This document shows positions 14,138 through 27,207 of a stretch of 64,000 bases of DNA, one piece after another. The DNA comes from Octopus sinensis (taxonomy: Eukaryota), in assembly GCF_006345805.1 (NCBI RefSeq), contig NC_043008.1, positions 33,170,001 through 33,234,000 on the forward strand, in the 5' to 3' direction. Positions within the stretch are counted from its first letter, which is position 1. Every line of letters begins with the position of its first letter. The position numbers and the translations under genes were made by a program. The notes under the pieces are model-generated. The model saw only the letters and a list, made by a program, of their open reading frames with translations, was not told the origin of the DNA and did not search any database.

Positions 14138-16426
14138 CTGGAAAAAAATATATATATATATTAAAAAAATTTGAAATTTCAAACATAGATACAAAGCTAC
14201 TAATTTAGGAGAGAGAGAGAGTATTATCAATCAAACCAACTCTAATATTCAAAAGGATGAAAATTGAAGTCAATCACAGTAAGATTTGAATTAAAAAAAG
14301 GAAAGCATAATTATTTGTATACAGTCTTGACTGCACAATAAACCACAAATTTTGAGGGAGGGTTTAATTATACCAGTACTTAACTGATACTTTATTTTAC
14401 CTCCTACTAAAAAGATGAGCAGTGAAGCTGATCCTGATAAGAATGGAACCCAGGACATTAATAAGGGATGTAATTAAATACCACCAGACATTCTTACTGG
14501 TGTTCTACTAATTTTATCAAATCTATCAAAAAAATAATCAAAATAAGACACAAAAAGAATATGAAAAATACGCAAGTATAAGGGAAGGTTAGCGCAGAAT
14601 TTGGTGCCAGGATGAAAAGTAATATTATCATTAATTATAATATTAATAATAATTATTCTTCCTAATTTTTGGCACAAGGCCAGTAATTTTGAGAAACCTA
14701 GTGCTCAACTGGTACTTATTTTATCAAGCCCAAAAGGCGAAGTCGACTGTAATTGAATTTGAACTTAGAACATAAAGAGGGACAAAATGAAGCTAAGCAT
14801 TTCGTTCAGCATGATAACTATTCTGCCAGCTCCCTGTATCATCATCATCATTCAACGTCCACTCTCTATGCTGGCATAGGTTAGATAGTTTGACTGGAGC
14901 TGATGAGCTGGAAAGCTGCACCAGGTTCCAGTCTGAGTTGGATGCCCTTAATAATGATAATAATCCTTTTTACTAAAGACACAAGGCCTGAAATTTGGGG
15001 TGAAGGGACAAGTTGATTACATCAACCCCAGTTTTTTCACTGATACTTCCAAAACGAAGAAAGGCAAATTTGATCTTGATGGAATTTGAACTCAGAACGT
15101 AGTGGCAGATGAAATACCGCTAACCATTTCGCCCGGCGTGCTAACGATTCAGCCAGATCACTGCCTTAATGATAGTAATGATAGTAATAATAATAATGAT
15201 GATGATGATAATGATGGTTTCAAATTTTGGTACAAGACCAGCATGTTCAGGGGAAGCAGGCTAAGTCAATCTCAGCACAATTTGAACTCAGAATGTAAAG
15301 ATGGAAGAAATGTCATTAAGTATTTTGCCCAACTTGCTAGTAATTCTGCAAGCTCACCACCTTCTTAACAACAACAACAACAGCAACCCTTCCTACAATA
15401 GGCACAAGGCTTGAAATTTTGGTGGACAGGGTTAGTCAATTACATGAACCTCAATACTTGACTGGTCTTTCTTTTATCAACCATAATGAAAGGCTAAAAA
15501 AGATGAAAGGCAAAAATTGAGCTTGGCAAAATCTGAAGATAGAATATAAAGCAGGAAGAAATGCCACTAAGTATTTTGGATTACAACCAAGAAAAACAAA
15601 AAACAAAGTCAGCTTTGACGGGATTCAAATACATTATGTAAAAGAATGCATTGCTGTCTTACAAGGTGACATGAATATGTGCCATAGGATCTTGATAACC
15701 AATAAGGGAGCTTCCCAAAAGCAACTCGACCTGCTGGAAACAGCAATCAAATCACCTTCAAATCACACTATACTCTCTTAAACAAAGGCTATATTGAGCT
15801 ATATAGAGTATACAAAAGAATAATATGATATTTCATTATAGATTTGTTTAATCAGTGATGATCTAAGGTTAAGCAACAATCAAGTTTACCCTAAGCTAAT
15901 GAGAGAAGCTCTCTTTATCATGGCTCAAACTACCAAAAATTGCACTTAAATTTCCTTCAAATCACATCCAATCATCTTAAATAAGGAAACAACACATTGG
16001 ACAATGTAGTCTTATATATATCTTTTACTTATTTCAATCATTGGACTGCAGCCATGTTGGGACACTGTCTTGAAGGGTTTATTCAAACAAATCAACCCCA
16101 GTACTTTTCCCGTTTTTCAGTTTGGTTATTCATTCTACTGCATTTTTATTTTTATTATTTCTTTTGTCAAACAATTAATTTATGGAACATAAAGAAACCA
16201 ACACCAGTTGCTGAATGGTGATGGGGATAAACATAAACACAAAGTTCAAACCCCACTAAGGTCGACTTAGCCTTTCGTCTCTTCAGGGTTGATAAAATAA
16301 ATATCAATCAAACACTGGGGTTGATGTAATCGACTTGCCCACTCAAAATTGCTGGCCCTGGACTTTCTTTATTTACTGCATAATGAAGTAATAATAGAAT
16401 ATAACTAAAAAAAAAAAAATATCTAC

Positions 16427-16713
16427 CTTCATTTGCGTCATGTCTCCAGCAAGTGTACCATCAGTGACAGTGCCAGTTTGCATCAGATCCTCCAAGAGGA
16501 CATTAATTTTCTCTTCATCATGGTTGCCATTAGATCCTGATGTTTCGATTAATACATAAAATGGATATTTACCAATGGGAGAAGAGAGTTTTAAGTTCTG
16601 TGTCACTACTTTCATAGATTCAGCATCAATAAACTCAAAAGCTGAAAGAATCTCAGCCAGTTTTTGCTTTGTAATGGTAAATATTTTGAGGACATCAGAA
16701 AAACTGTTGCAAC
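16427..16713 (-). CDS. D2HGDH: D2HGDH coding exon (GCNSFSDVLK...EILSAFEFID...FYVLIETSGSNGNHDEEK...QMK)
   Basis: Acceptor tttttag|, donor AAG|gtagat, 287 nt, open frame with EILSAFEF and ETSGSN..HDEEK motifs. Confidence 0.96.
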
Positions 16714-19271
16714 CTAAAAAAGACATGAATCAACAGAATTTTTAGTGCTTTTGGTCGTATATTTATGCATGAATATGACATCCATGAGGTGTCCAGAGAT
16801 ATCTGAACATCTTTTTGTCTTTGCATATTACAAGATTTAATTTATGTTCATGATAATTTTTATTATATTTTTCCAGATGTATACATACATAAAAGAGAGA
16901 GATCAGTATATGTGGGCCCCTTAGGAGTTCTCTGCAAGAGTTGGAGCTCTCCTAAAAAAATTTTAATACAATGTATTTGTTTGCGATGGAGAAATTGATG
17001 GCTTTTGGTGTTTTGTATCATGATTTGTTTAATTTTCACTTTCATAAACATTGCCAGTGATGGAAACTGGAAAATATGTGCAGATCAGAGTACCCAGAAT
17101 ATGGACATCCTTTACAGAGAAACAGACTGCATGAGACATGGTCCATCATTAGGCACACAGCTTGAAAAAGACTGTAAGTAATTTTTCATTAGGTGCCTCA
17201 TTCAGAAAATCCACTCAGGCTGCAGTCTGCCCATGACTGATGACGATATTTTTATATGTAAGATATAACATACATGTGAGCCATGAGAAAATGTAAAAAA
17301 ATTGAAAACTCATCCATATCAAAAAGCTGCTGCTGCTGGTCCCTGCATTTAGGAAATGTCACAGACATTGGTTTATTGATATCTGAATTTGAATTTAAAA
17401 GAGAAATGTGCTTAAATTTATATTTTGCTTCCCAACTATATGGTTCTAGATTCAGTCTCACTATGTGGCAGTTTGGGTAAGTGTCTTCTAATATAGCCTG
17501 GGCCAACTAAAGCCTTGTGAGTGGATTTGGTTCATGGAAACTGAACGATGCCCATCATATATGTGTGTGTGTGTTTGTCCCCTAACAATGCTTGACAATG
17601 GTGTTGCTGTGTTTATGATCTCGTAACTTAGCAGTTCAGCAAAAGAGACCAAAAGAATAAGTCCCAGGCTTTACAAAAAAATAAGTACTGGGGTCGATAA
17701 GTTTGACTATGATTCTTCAAGGTGGTGCCCCAGCATGGCCCCAGTCTAATGATGGAAACAAGTAGGGGATATAAGGTAATATATAAGATAATATATGGAA
17801 AAATGGATGTTAAATGATGATGATGATTTATGGATATATCATCAACATTGTTTAACGTCCGTTTACCATGCTAGCATGGGTTGGATGACTTGACTGAGGA
17901 CTGGTGAACCAGATGGCTGCACCAGGCTCCAATCTGATCTGGTAAAGTTTCTACAGCTGGATGCCCTTCCTAACGCCAACCACTCCGAGAGTGTAGTGGG
18001 TGCTTTTACGTGCCACCAGCACGAGGGCCAATCAGGCAAAACTGGCAATGGCCACACTCAAATGGTGTTTTTTTCACATGCCACCTGCCATCATTTTAAC
18101 ACCCACTTTTCCATGCTCACAGACACTGGATGGAATTTGTTGTGGCACATTTTCTACAACCAGATACCCTTTCTGTTGCCAACCCTCACCTGATTCTAAG
18201 AAAGGTAATATTTTCCCATTGTTTGACAGGCTCTCAACGAATACTGGAAATGAAAAACACTGCATATATGACAGGGACAATCATTTTACAACTCTCATTT
18301 GGTGTCAAGTCAAGGAGACACAAACATTCACACACCCACACACATACATCCATATAAAACAATAATGAAAGTAATGTTTCTCTGAATTAGTTACATCTGT
18401 ACTATAATAAAGAAAGCTGCTTATCAGCTGTCTACCAAATAAACCATTATTTTAGCACAACATCTCTTTTTTACTACTAAAATAATCTTGGAAACGAGGT
18501 TGGATCGCACTATTTTAAGGTCATTTTCAGGCAATATTTCGATTTGCTTCTGATGTTTCACTTTCATCCAATGTTTCACACATGCATAGAGAAAACTGAT
18601 TTGCCAATTCTGACTTATGAGGTATCAAATCATTCGGTAATCTTTTAGCTACCAAATAAACTTTATTTTCATTTACATATTTTTTACATTATCTCAACAA
18701 CCAGCTATAGTTATTTGAAATTCACTGCTCTACACAACCAGGATTCATTAGAAAGTGAAAATAGTTTCACACTTTCAATTTGAACCAAAATTACAAAGTG
18801 CATTATGAGAGTAACGATGCGTGAATAATGAAAGTAATGTTTCTCCAAATTAATTACATTTGTATTATAATAAACTATGTCTTTGGCACAATTTTGAGGT
18901 CGTTTCTAGGCAATATTTTGATTTGCTTGTAAAGTTTCACTTTCGTCTGATGTTTCATGCATGCGTAGGATTCTACTCAGATAAACATTTAAGAAAATAA
19001 ATACTGTATTAAAATAAGCCACAATCAAAATAATTTCATTAAGACAGCAATTTCTCTGTATATTAGGTTGTCAAGAAAGTTCTTGCGATTTTTAACCTTT
19101 AAATTCAGATGCACATATCTCGGCTCAAACAAAACTTTATTAATTGAAAACACTGAGGTTAGAAGCACTTCTAGGACACATCAAGTCCTGTCAAATTCTA
19201 CAACCCATGCCAGCATGGAACATGTATATTAAATGGTGATGATGATTTTTAGACCCAAATACATGCACTCA

Positions 19272-19432
19272 AGTGTGTGTGTGTGTGTGTGTGTGTGCGT
19301 GCACGTGCGGGTGAGTGTGTGTGCATGTATGCATGTGTGTGTGCATGTATGCATGTGTGTGTGCATGTATGCATGTGTGTGTGCATGTATGCATGTGTGT
19401 GTGTGTGTTTGTGTGTGAGAGAGAGAGAGAGA
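19272..19432. repeat. (GT)n / 20-bp minisatellite / (GA)n compound repeat
   Basis: gtgtgtgcatgtatgcatgt repeated about four times between microsatellites. Confidence 0.9.
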
Positions 19433-19590
19433 CTCTGTGCCTAAATCTATGCTTATGTTTACCTGTATAAACTTATGTCAAAAACTTGTAGCTTAACCTT
19501 TAATAATAAAATAAGTACTAAGCAATAAAATAATGCTAGCTTGCAGGGAAATGATGAAACAAGTATAAGAATAAGAGAATATATATTTAC

Positions 19591-19759
19591 CTAAAAGTGC
19601 AACATTAACATTATTGGGTTTCTGTGGACAAGAGATGGAGACTTTGGTAATTATACCCAAAGTTCCTTCTGAACCAATGAAGAGCTGTTTTAAATCGTAT
19701 CCAGTGTTGTTTTTCTTCAAAGAGTTCATGCAGTCTAGAACTCTGCCATCTGCTAATAC
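19591..19759 (-). CDS. D2HGDH: D2HGDH coding exon ([56 protein letters not shown])
   Basis: Acceptor ttaacag|GTA, donor G|gtaaat, 169 nt. Contains the [22 protein letters not shown] motif. Confidence 0.97.
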
Positions 19760-19892
19760 CTGTTAATGAAAAAAAAAAAAAAGAAATATAAATGTAAAAT
19801 AGATAGGTAATATAAAAAAGGAGTAATTACTTTTTATACAACATACAAGCCATATGTGGCGTAATGTAAAGACAAATGTCAAGATATATATC

Positions 19893-20400
19893 GTAAATCC
19901 TCAAGTATAATCCGCTTTCTTTTTTCCAAAGTTTAAAGGTCAAAATCCCTAGTGCGTACTACATACGAGGTTAAAAATGAAAAATATTTTCAAAGCAATG
20001 TCCAAGTCTCTATTTGCTGTCAGGCAATGTTTATTCAGATGCATTTTGTGATGTCGGGCGCGAAAATACCTTAAGCTAAGCCTGACAGCAATGAAGTCAA
20101 AAGAATCATCCATAACTTGCAGTAAGCAACATTTATTAAAATAAAAGTATTCAGAACACAGAATAACATGTAACAAAAACAATTTGCAAACATATTTACA
20201 TTCCCATATAACAGTTAAGAACATCACCATTACTGTATTACGCATGTGTGGAAGTGTTTGTTCAACTAGGTGCTGCTGGCTTAATTACGCACGACTCCAG
20301 TTAGAGAAGGGGTGCGTATTATACACAAGGTTTAGGTTTTTCAGAGGTACAGCCCCCTAAAATTCCCCAACTGTATAGCTTACTCAATTGCACTATTGAA
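19893..20400. mobile_element. pogo/Tigger-like DNA transposon fragment
   Basis: Terminus-like cgtaaatcctcaagtataatccgc and subterminal gtgcgtactacatacgagg / gtgcgtattatacacaagg motifs. Confidence 0.4.
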
Positions 20401-20804
20401 TAAGTGGTTGCATATTTCACATTCCATCTAGAGATTTTGACCAGTCACTATACACTGTCAAAGATCCATTGAATGTAAGAATCCCTTACTTGAATATTAG
20501 ATATGGGTTTCTGACTTGAAGGGCATCCAACCATATCCTGCCACAAAATCAGTTCTCATCCAAACTATGCTAGTATGGAAAAAGACATTGAACAAATGTT
20601 ACATATACATCACACACACACACACACGCAGGCACATACAAACATGTGCATCAACTATCAGTTCACAGGGGAGTTTTCCTTAGTTCAATTGCCATTTCAA
20701 ACCCTTGCCCTTTGCCTGAGAGTAAAAACGGGAGATAACTGTTTGTGTCCTTTGACACATTGCTGCATTGATAAAAATAGATAGTTTCCCCTTTCTATTT
20801 CAAA

Positions 20805-20904
20805 NNNNNNNNNNNNNNNNNNNNNNNNNNNNNNNNNNNNNNNNNNNNNNNNNNNNNNNNNNNNNNNNNNNNNNNNNNNNNNNNNNNNNNNNNNNNNNNN
20901 NNNN
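20805..20904. other. Assembly gap (100 N), probably hiding one D2HGDH coding exon
   Basis: Exactly 100 N. The flanking exons are phase-incompatible (phase 1 to phase 0), and the AGC.L...PLDLGAKG.C.IGGN..TNAGG segment was not found elsewhere in this intron. Confidence 0.85.
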
Positions 20905-21930
20905 ATTTTTTTTAGTTTCTTTTGTACTTTTTAAAATTTATTTGTATTTAAATTTTAACTTCAAACTATGATACAAATAAATTAACTATAATTAACTCTC
21001 CATTTTCTTGCCTTTTTAATAATACTCATTATAATAATCCCAAACATATCTTGCAGATTTTCTACTAATATGATGGATTTAAAACCAGTGAAATTTTGAA
21101 TTTATTAATCCCTAATGAGGATATGACATCCTTAAAATGACTATATATATATATATATACACACATATATATATATATATATATTGTATGCGGCAAAATA
21201 TACTAGACATTTGTGTTCTGAAGGTAATCCTCATGCAGCTCTTTAAATTATAGTAACAAACCAGCCAATGGGGTTTCTATTTCCACAAATTCACTTACAA
21301 GGTTTGGATAAATCTGAGGTTTGGTAGAAGATGCTTGCCCAAAGTGGTGTACAACAGGATTGAACAAGGAACTTCAGGTTTGCAAAGAAAACTTATCTAA
21401 CCATTCAACTATGCCTCATCTACCAACACAGTAATGTATGCATATCACACATTAAACAATGCTGTTTTCATTAGATCTGTGGGGAAGTGTGAGCTCTGTA
21501 GAGATAAAGACTAGGTAATATCATATCCCGTCTTTACCTAGAAGTAAAGACTTGTGCCATAGCTATGCCTTAGTTTCAATTGCTAAAGTCATTCCACTTC
21601 ACTTATTTATCTGATGTTTAATGTTCTTAAGATAGCCATGAATGTAACAATTTATCATTTTCATGTCCTTTGAAATGTCTGCTTTCGTTCATGATTACAT
21701 ATGTGAAACAATGTGTAAAAGCTTAAAAGAAAACAGAGAGTGATAGAAATATAGAGTTAGACAGGCAGAGAATAAGAGACAGACTGATAGTTTGACAGAC
21801 AAAGAGCAAGAGGAGAGAGAGAAAGAGACAGACAGACAGAGAGGTGGAGAGAGATCAAGTGGAGCAGTCTGGAAACAAAAGTTGCACATAAATAGTGTTT
21901 TGCTTTTTTTTTGGAGGGGGGTTTACTTAC

Positions 21931-22128
21931 CAGAAACTTTATCAAGGGAAATGATATTGTTCATAAGCCGGGTTGATATCACAATTTCATCAAATACAGG
22001 AATGCTACCTCCAACCAAGCCTGTGTTGCCACCTTGGGGTACAACAGCAAGATTTCTTTCATTGCAATAACTTAAGATTTCAGAAACTTCTGATGTCGTT
22101 TTCGGAAGCAACATCAAACATGATGCAC
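21931..22128 (-). CDS. D2HGDH: D2HGDH coding exon 2 (FAD-binding PCMH domain)
   Basis: Acceptor tttaag|, 198 nt, encoding ...[61 protein letters not shown]. Donor G|gtaagt. The [12 protein letters not shown] motif is diagnostic. Confidence 0.97.
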
Positions 22129-22465
22129 CTTAAAGAACAAACACAAGAAAAACAGTCAAATTCAAAAATTCGTAACTAATTATCCGTTGTATACTACTAA
22201 CGTCATTCACTGTACTCTACATATCTAATCAAAATAATGTGTGCTTCAGTTTTTGTCACATTTTGTTTTCATTCTAATATCAGGGGGAAGTCACCCAACA
22301 ACAACTGGATGATTTCATCCTGCACTTCAAACCTATGGAACAATTATATCTAATATCTCAGGAATTTCACACATAATTTCATCAGTACAAAAATATACAT
22401 AAAAGCCATGTCTCTTTCATGCTGTGTCTTTAAAGGAAGAATAAAATAGATAACACGGAAATTAT

Positions 22466-24299
22466 GGGGCCTAATGCAGCTTTGCACCTCTCCTTGAAAA
22501 ATGCATTTTTTTAAAAACATTTTTTCGGATTCCTACGTTTTAGATGTCAGAGATTACGAATATGCAAAAATTTTTTTTTTTAATTTCATCCCACCCAACC
22601 AAATTTAAAATTTTCATTTGCTTACTTTAAAGAGATCACAGCAAATTGACGAACATATGCAAATCGAAATTAAATATAGACAAAAACAATTAAGTGTGTA
22701 GCGTTGGTAGAATGCATCTGCGCTCTCTGAGATAAGCAGTACAAATAATGTCGTAGCAGATAACAGTTAACTTTTGGATGCTACTCTGATTGGTTGGTTT
22801 TGGCGCAGTTTGTCTCTTGACATATTTCGCACCAATGTGTAAACCAACCAATCAGAACCTTCCAATATGATCATGTGATGCAGTCTTTTGGGGTTTTTTT
22901 CTGGAGCCTCTAGAATGTTATAAAAACCCAGCAATCCAGTGAATCGGGGTCTTTGGTCTTCGGCCATTGAACACACCACCACAGAGCAGCCAGTTCCAGC
23001 GATGACCAGACCAGCCATGTTCCTGCTCCAGCTAGTGACGACACCAACATACACCAGCAACGCAAGACGTCTCCACTACCGTCGCCTTCATCTCAACATC
23101 ACCGTTCTCTACCATCGCCATCACCACCATCGACTTCAACGATACATACACAGCAACTCGCTTTAGGTTTAGCTTTCTCACTGTTGTGTATACACACTAA
23201 GGTTAACAGCACAGCACTACCGGTGAGATCTTCTATACAGATGTAACCTGGCAAATGGATCGAAGCCCAACTTTTACACACGTAGGTAACTGCTCTCCTC
23301 TTTGCCCTAACTTCATTGACACAGAACGAACTGCTATTGTGTACCTGTATGAACTGGTATTTATTCTCCATCTTGTGTCTGGATACTTTCTTTGCTTTGT
23401 ATTGTTGTCTCACTCTTATAACACACAGACACAAACACTTGTTGCACGCACAGTTGTTAGCACTTACAATGGACACACAGGCACATATGTGCACACACTC
23501 AGACACTACACTCTGCTAGCACCTATACATGCTCTTATTGTACACATCTGTAAAATAAAGTCTTCTTTCTCTCAAACAGTAGAACGGTTGTGTTTTTCTC
23601 CTTATTCTTTACTGGCACTCATATTCTTTATACCATGCGTTTGGCTATCTTCTTTGTGGGACGACCATGCAGCGTTTAAAAGGAGACATTTCTGTCACCA
23701 ACTCCTTTACACACGGTCGTTCACTACAAGTGAAAAGAATTTGTGTTTTACTTGTGTTTGCCTTGAATAATCGTAAATAATAATTTAATGCAAACTTTAT
23801 GAGAAACAAACATTAATGTTTAATAATTAATATCATTAAGTTTAATAAGGGGCTCAAATTTCATCCCTCCCTCAATTTTAAGTTTTGAAATTTTTCATCC
23901 ATTTATTTATCTATCTCTCTATCTATTTATCCCTGTCCGTTTATTCATAAAATATATTTGTCAACTAAATGTGGCGGTCCTATAGAAGACGGTGTTACTG
24001 TTGTTTTTAGCCCCAGGAAGACATTCATATCTATCTCTTTATACACATATCTATATGTTTACTGAATTGAAAATTTTGAAAACGTGGTTTCTTGCATATT
24101 CGGAATCACCGTCATCTAAAACATAGGGAAAAAAAGTTCAAAATTCTAAATGGGGTGGGGAGTAGGGGAGGGTGTGTGTGTTTTTTGTGGGGTTTTTTTT
24201 GCATATTCGTAATCTCCGACATCTAAAACGTAGGGATCCGGGAAACGTTTTTCAAAAAAATGCATTTTTCAAGGAGAGGTGCGAAATTGTCTTAGCCCC
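22466..24299. mobile_element. Foldback/MITE DNA element with ~105-bp or longer TIRs, interrupted by the solo LTR
   Basis: 22466-22570 is the reverse complement (roughly 85% by eye) of 24193-24299. Confidence 0.75.
22697..23728 (+). mobile_element. Solo LTR (Ty3/Gypsy-type), 1032 bp, TSD AGTG
   Basis: Begins TGTAGCG and ends CACTACA. AGTG at 22693-96 and 23729-32. Internal CCAAT boxes, TATA-like tataaaa near 22920, and AATAAA near 23555. Confidence 0.8.
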
Positions 24300-25152
24300 A
24301 AATTGTGTTTCCGCTTTATTTTGGAAGCTGTTAAGCTTGAACTGGTTAAAAAAGGTAGTCAGATCCTCCTAAAATCAAATCTTACCCCCTTAAATAAGGA
24401 AGAAAATGAAGTCCTAGACATCCACAATAACAGATGGGTAGTCATGGTTGGAATGCGTCTGAACATAGGTCTTGTTCAATCAGGGTTGATCAGGGATTAA
24501 ACAACAACAAAGGAGAGATTCGATAATTACAACGCTCAGGCATTAGATAAGGGAAAATCTCAGGCGATAGAAGAGTAAAGGTTGTAATGACGCCTGTGAC
24601 TTTCCCAAGGACATCAATAATTAAATGAAATGAGTTTTAATACGGAATTGAAACCGCTACACAGATTCGATTCATTGTAAATTTAACATTCATCGCACAA
24701 TTTCTATCATGGAACAGAAAAGTTTAATGGTGAGTGCACAACTGATTTAATCGAGACTAGAAGAGTAAAAGACCCACACGAGACCCGACAGGATTCGAAA
24801 TCAGAATCCTATATAATTGGCGAAATCGGCGCAATTGGTTTTCAATGTGAAATACTGCCGCCTGTTATTCTGAGGGAGACTGTGCAGTCGATCATCCTGC
24901 TGGAAACAACAGCCATAGTCTCCTAAATTTTACCTTAACGTACTTGAAAAGGACTCGTTGGGTAACGCGTTTATGGGTGCATCGTCTTGAAAATATACGA
25001 GGATGGTCACGGCTGGAATGCCTTTAATCATAGGTCCGCTAAATCAAAGCTAATCTTTGGTTAAGTAACAACATCCAAGCATTACTAAGTTGTAATTGAA
25101 GACGAGGAAAGTTTGAGGAAAGAAAAACAAGATATAAAAGGATGGAACTAAC

Positions 25153-25441
25153 CGCGGTATATTTTCATCCAATCTGTGTTACAAAATTCCAAGTCTGCAG
25201 AGTCTGTTATACACCTTGACGAGGTCAAAATACTTTCAAATACAGCCAAGTCTTTATCACTTAATTTTGAATAAGAACCACGCAAAATTTCTGGGTGTTT
25301 GACCGAAGTTAATTCTACGTGCGTAGATAGAAACCGGCCGTTTTTCGATAATATAGAACTCCGTAGGTGACGGCATTTTGGTAATAGTTTTCGGGAGTTA
25401 AATAAAATAATATGTTTTGTGTGGGATAATAAGTGAAACAT
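25153..25441 (-). CDS. D2HGDH: D2HGDH coding exon 1 (mitochondrial targeting peptide + N-terminus)
   Basis: ORF MFHLLSHTKH...ELTSVKHPEILRGSYSKLSDKDLAVFESIL...NTDWMKIYRG resembles the D2HGDH N-terminus. The leader is basic and Ser/Leu-rich. Phase-1 donor G|gttagt at 25152. Confidence 0.9.
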
Positions 25442-25744
25442 GATTGACAGAGAAAAGAAATAGTTAGCAAAACCCCAGCTGATAGTTTAATGTTGCAACG
25501 AAATGTTTTAATGTTGTTATAACAGTTAGAGTAACCTCCCTTTATATATTTGGGGCGTACTCTTTCTCTTTCTCTCTTTCTCTTTCCCTCCGTGTGTGTG
25601 CGTGTGCGCGCGGAATTTAGTCAAATTTACTCTTTATTTGTTCACTTTCTTAGTTTCCTTTCTTCCCTGTATTACTGTCGCCACTTTTAGTTTCTTTTTT
25701 CATTTTACTTTTGCATTTTTTTATAACATTAAATCAGATCTAAC

Positions 25745-27207
25745 CCCATATTGGGAATACTGAATATTGTGATGCCACTTCAGCTCCGACGCACTCCGTA
25801 GAGACGCCTCACACTCTGACAACCAGCTCTCTAGTGAGGGCTTTGCTGCAGCACTCCAGGGTTTATCTAAATTGAAGCTCGTTAACAGGACCCGTAAGGG
25901 AGCTCGGAATAACTTTGCTCGCGCTCTCTCCAGCTTGTTGAAAACCATATGTTTATCCAACAATGCGTCCAACTGGCAGAAACTGTTTCTGTTCCCCCGC
26001 ATCTCTCTCCACGTGCACGATGTGAAATCGAGCTCCCTTGAATCATCAGTCAAGCGACAGTTCCAGCTGAGTCCACCCTGACCACTTCTCACTTTAATTT
26101 GACATTGAGCATGGTGCCTACCGACAGGCTACCAATAAACCTTAAGCGTATAGTCAATGCTAAATTCAGTGACTGGGTCTCTTAGACGTCTGAAAGAGAA
26201 GAACCCACAGGCACCCCTTGATAATCAACTAAACTGGCCCAATCCCCCAAAATACTTGAGACCAGTCTTCACCTCTGAAAACATCAGAAAGGCAATTTTA
26301 TCCTTCCCAGCTGGTTCAGGTGCAGGAATTGATATCTCCTTATCGGCCGGTGACACCCTACTTGAGTTCTTGGAGAATTTGACTCAGTCCTCCCTTATAT
26401 CAGCTCACTATTCTTCAGTTCAAAATTATTCGGGCTCACCAAACCCAATGGAGAACTGCACCCTATTGTGGTCAGCTCCACCCTTCACCGTCTCACTGCA
26501 AAGGTGTGCTTACAATCGGTCTCTAGCTTATTGGAGGAAAGATTTTCCCCCACCCAGCTAGGAGTGGGCACAAAATTGGGATGTGAAGCTGCCGCCCACA
26601 CTACCAGAACCTATGTTAACTTGCCCTCCTTGTCACCCTCAAATTTGACCTTAAGAATGTCTTCAACTCCATCAGCCGCGATGCTGTCCTCAGTTCAGTA
26701 AGAGAGAAGTCCCACAACTCTTCCGCCTTGCATGGCAGGCTTATCGAGAGCCCTCCTATCTCTTTTTTTTTTTTTTTTTTGGTGACCAAATCATCACTTC
26801 TGCCTCGGGAGTTCAACAAAACGAACCACTCGGGCCCGCTCTATTCGCACTGGGCATTGATGACATCACCAAGATAGGTGTCGAACTAGACCTTAACGTC
26901 TGATATTTCGATGATGTTTGTTTGGAGAACCTCCAGACAGGGTTCTCGCCATTACTAACATGATGGTTGGGGAGCTTGGTCGCCAGAGTCTCCAAATAAA
27001 CAACTACAAATGTGAGCTCTGGCTTCTCAACATCAGCCAACTATTGACCTTTTCACAGAGTCCTTCCCTTCCGTTGCAATCCCTTCCCTCATCGGCTTGG
27101 TGCTTCCTAGGTGCCCCAAGCACTACCTTGCCTTTGAGTTCATCTTCCAGTCAAAGGTGACTGCACCCTTGAGCAACTGCTGAAAAATATTGAAGCTATC
27201 GAACCCC
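25745..27207 (+). mobile_element. CRE-clade non-LTR retrotransposon remnant, 5' part (degenerate RT)
   Basis: Frameshifted fragments include IRKAILSFPAGSGAG, TLHRLTAKVC, FSPTQLGVGTKLGCEAAAHTTR, GVQQNEPLGPALFALGI and LNV*YFDD. These are typical of CRE/Cnl1-like RTs. Confidence 0.75.

Noticed and set aside
23255-23770. 171-aa ORF
   Set aside because: It lies wholly inside the solo LTR, has no recognisable domain and no splice context.
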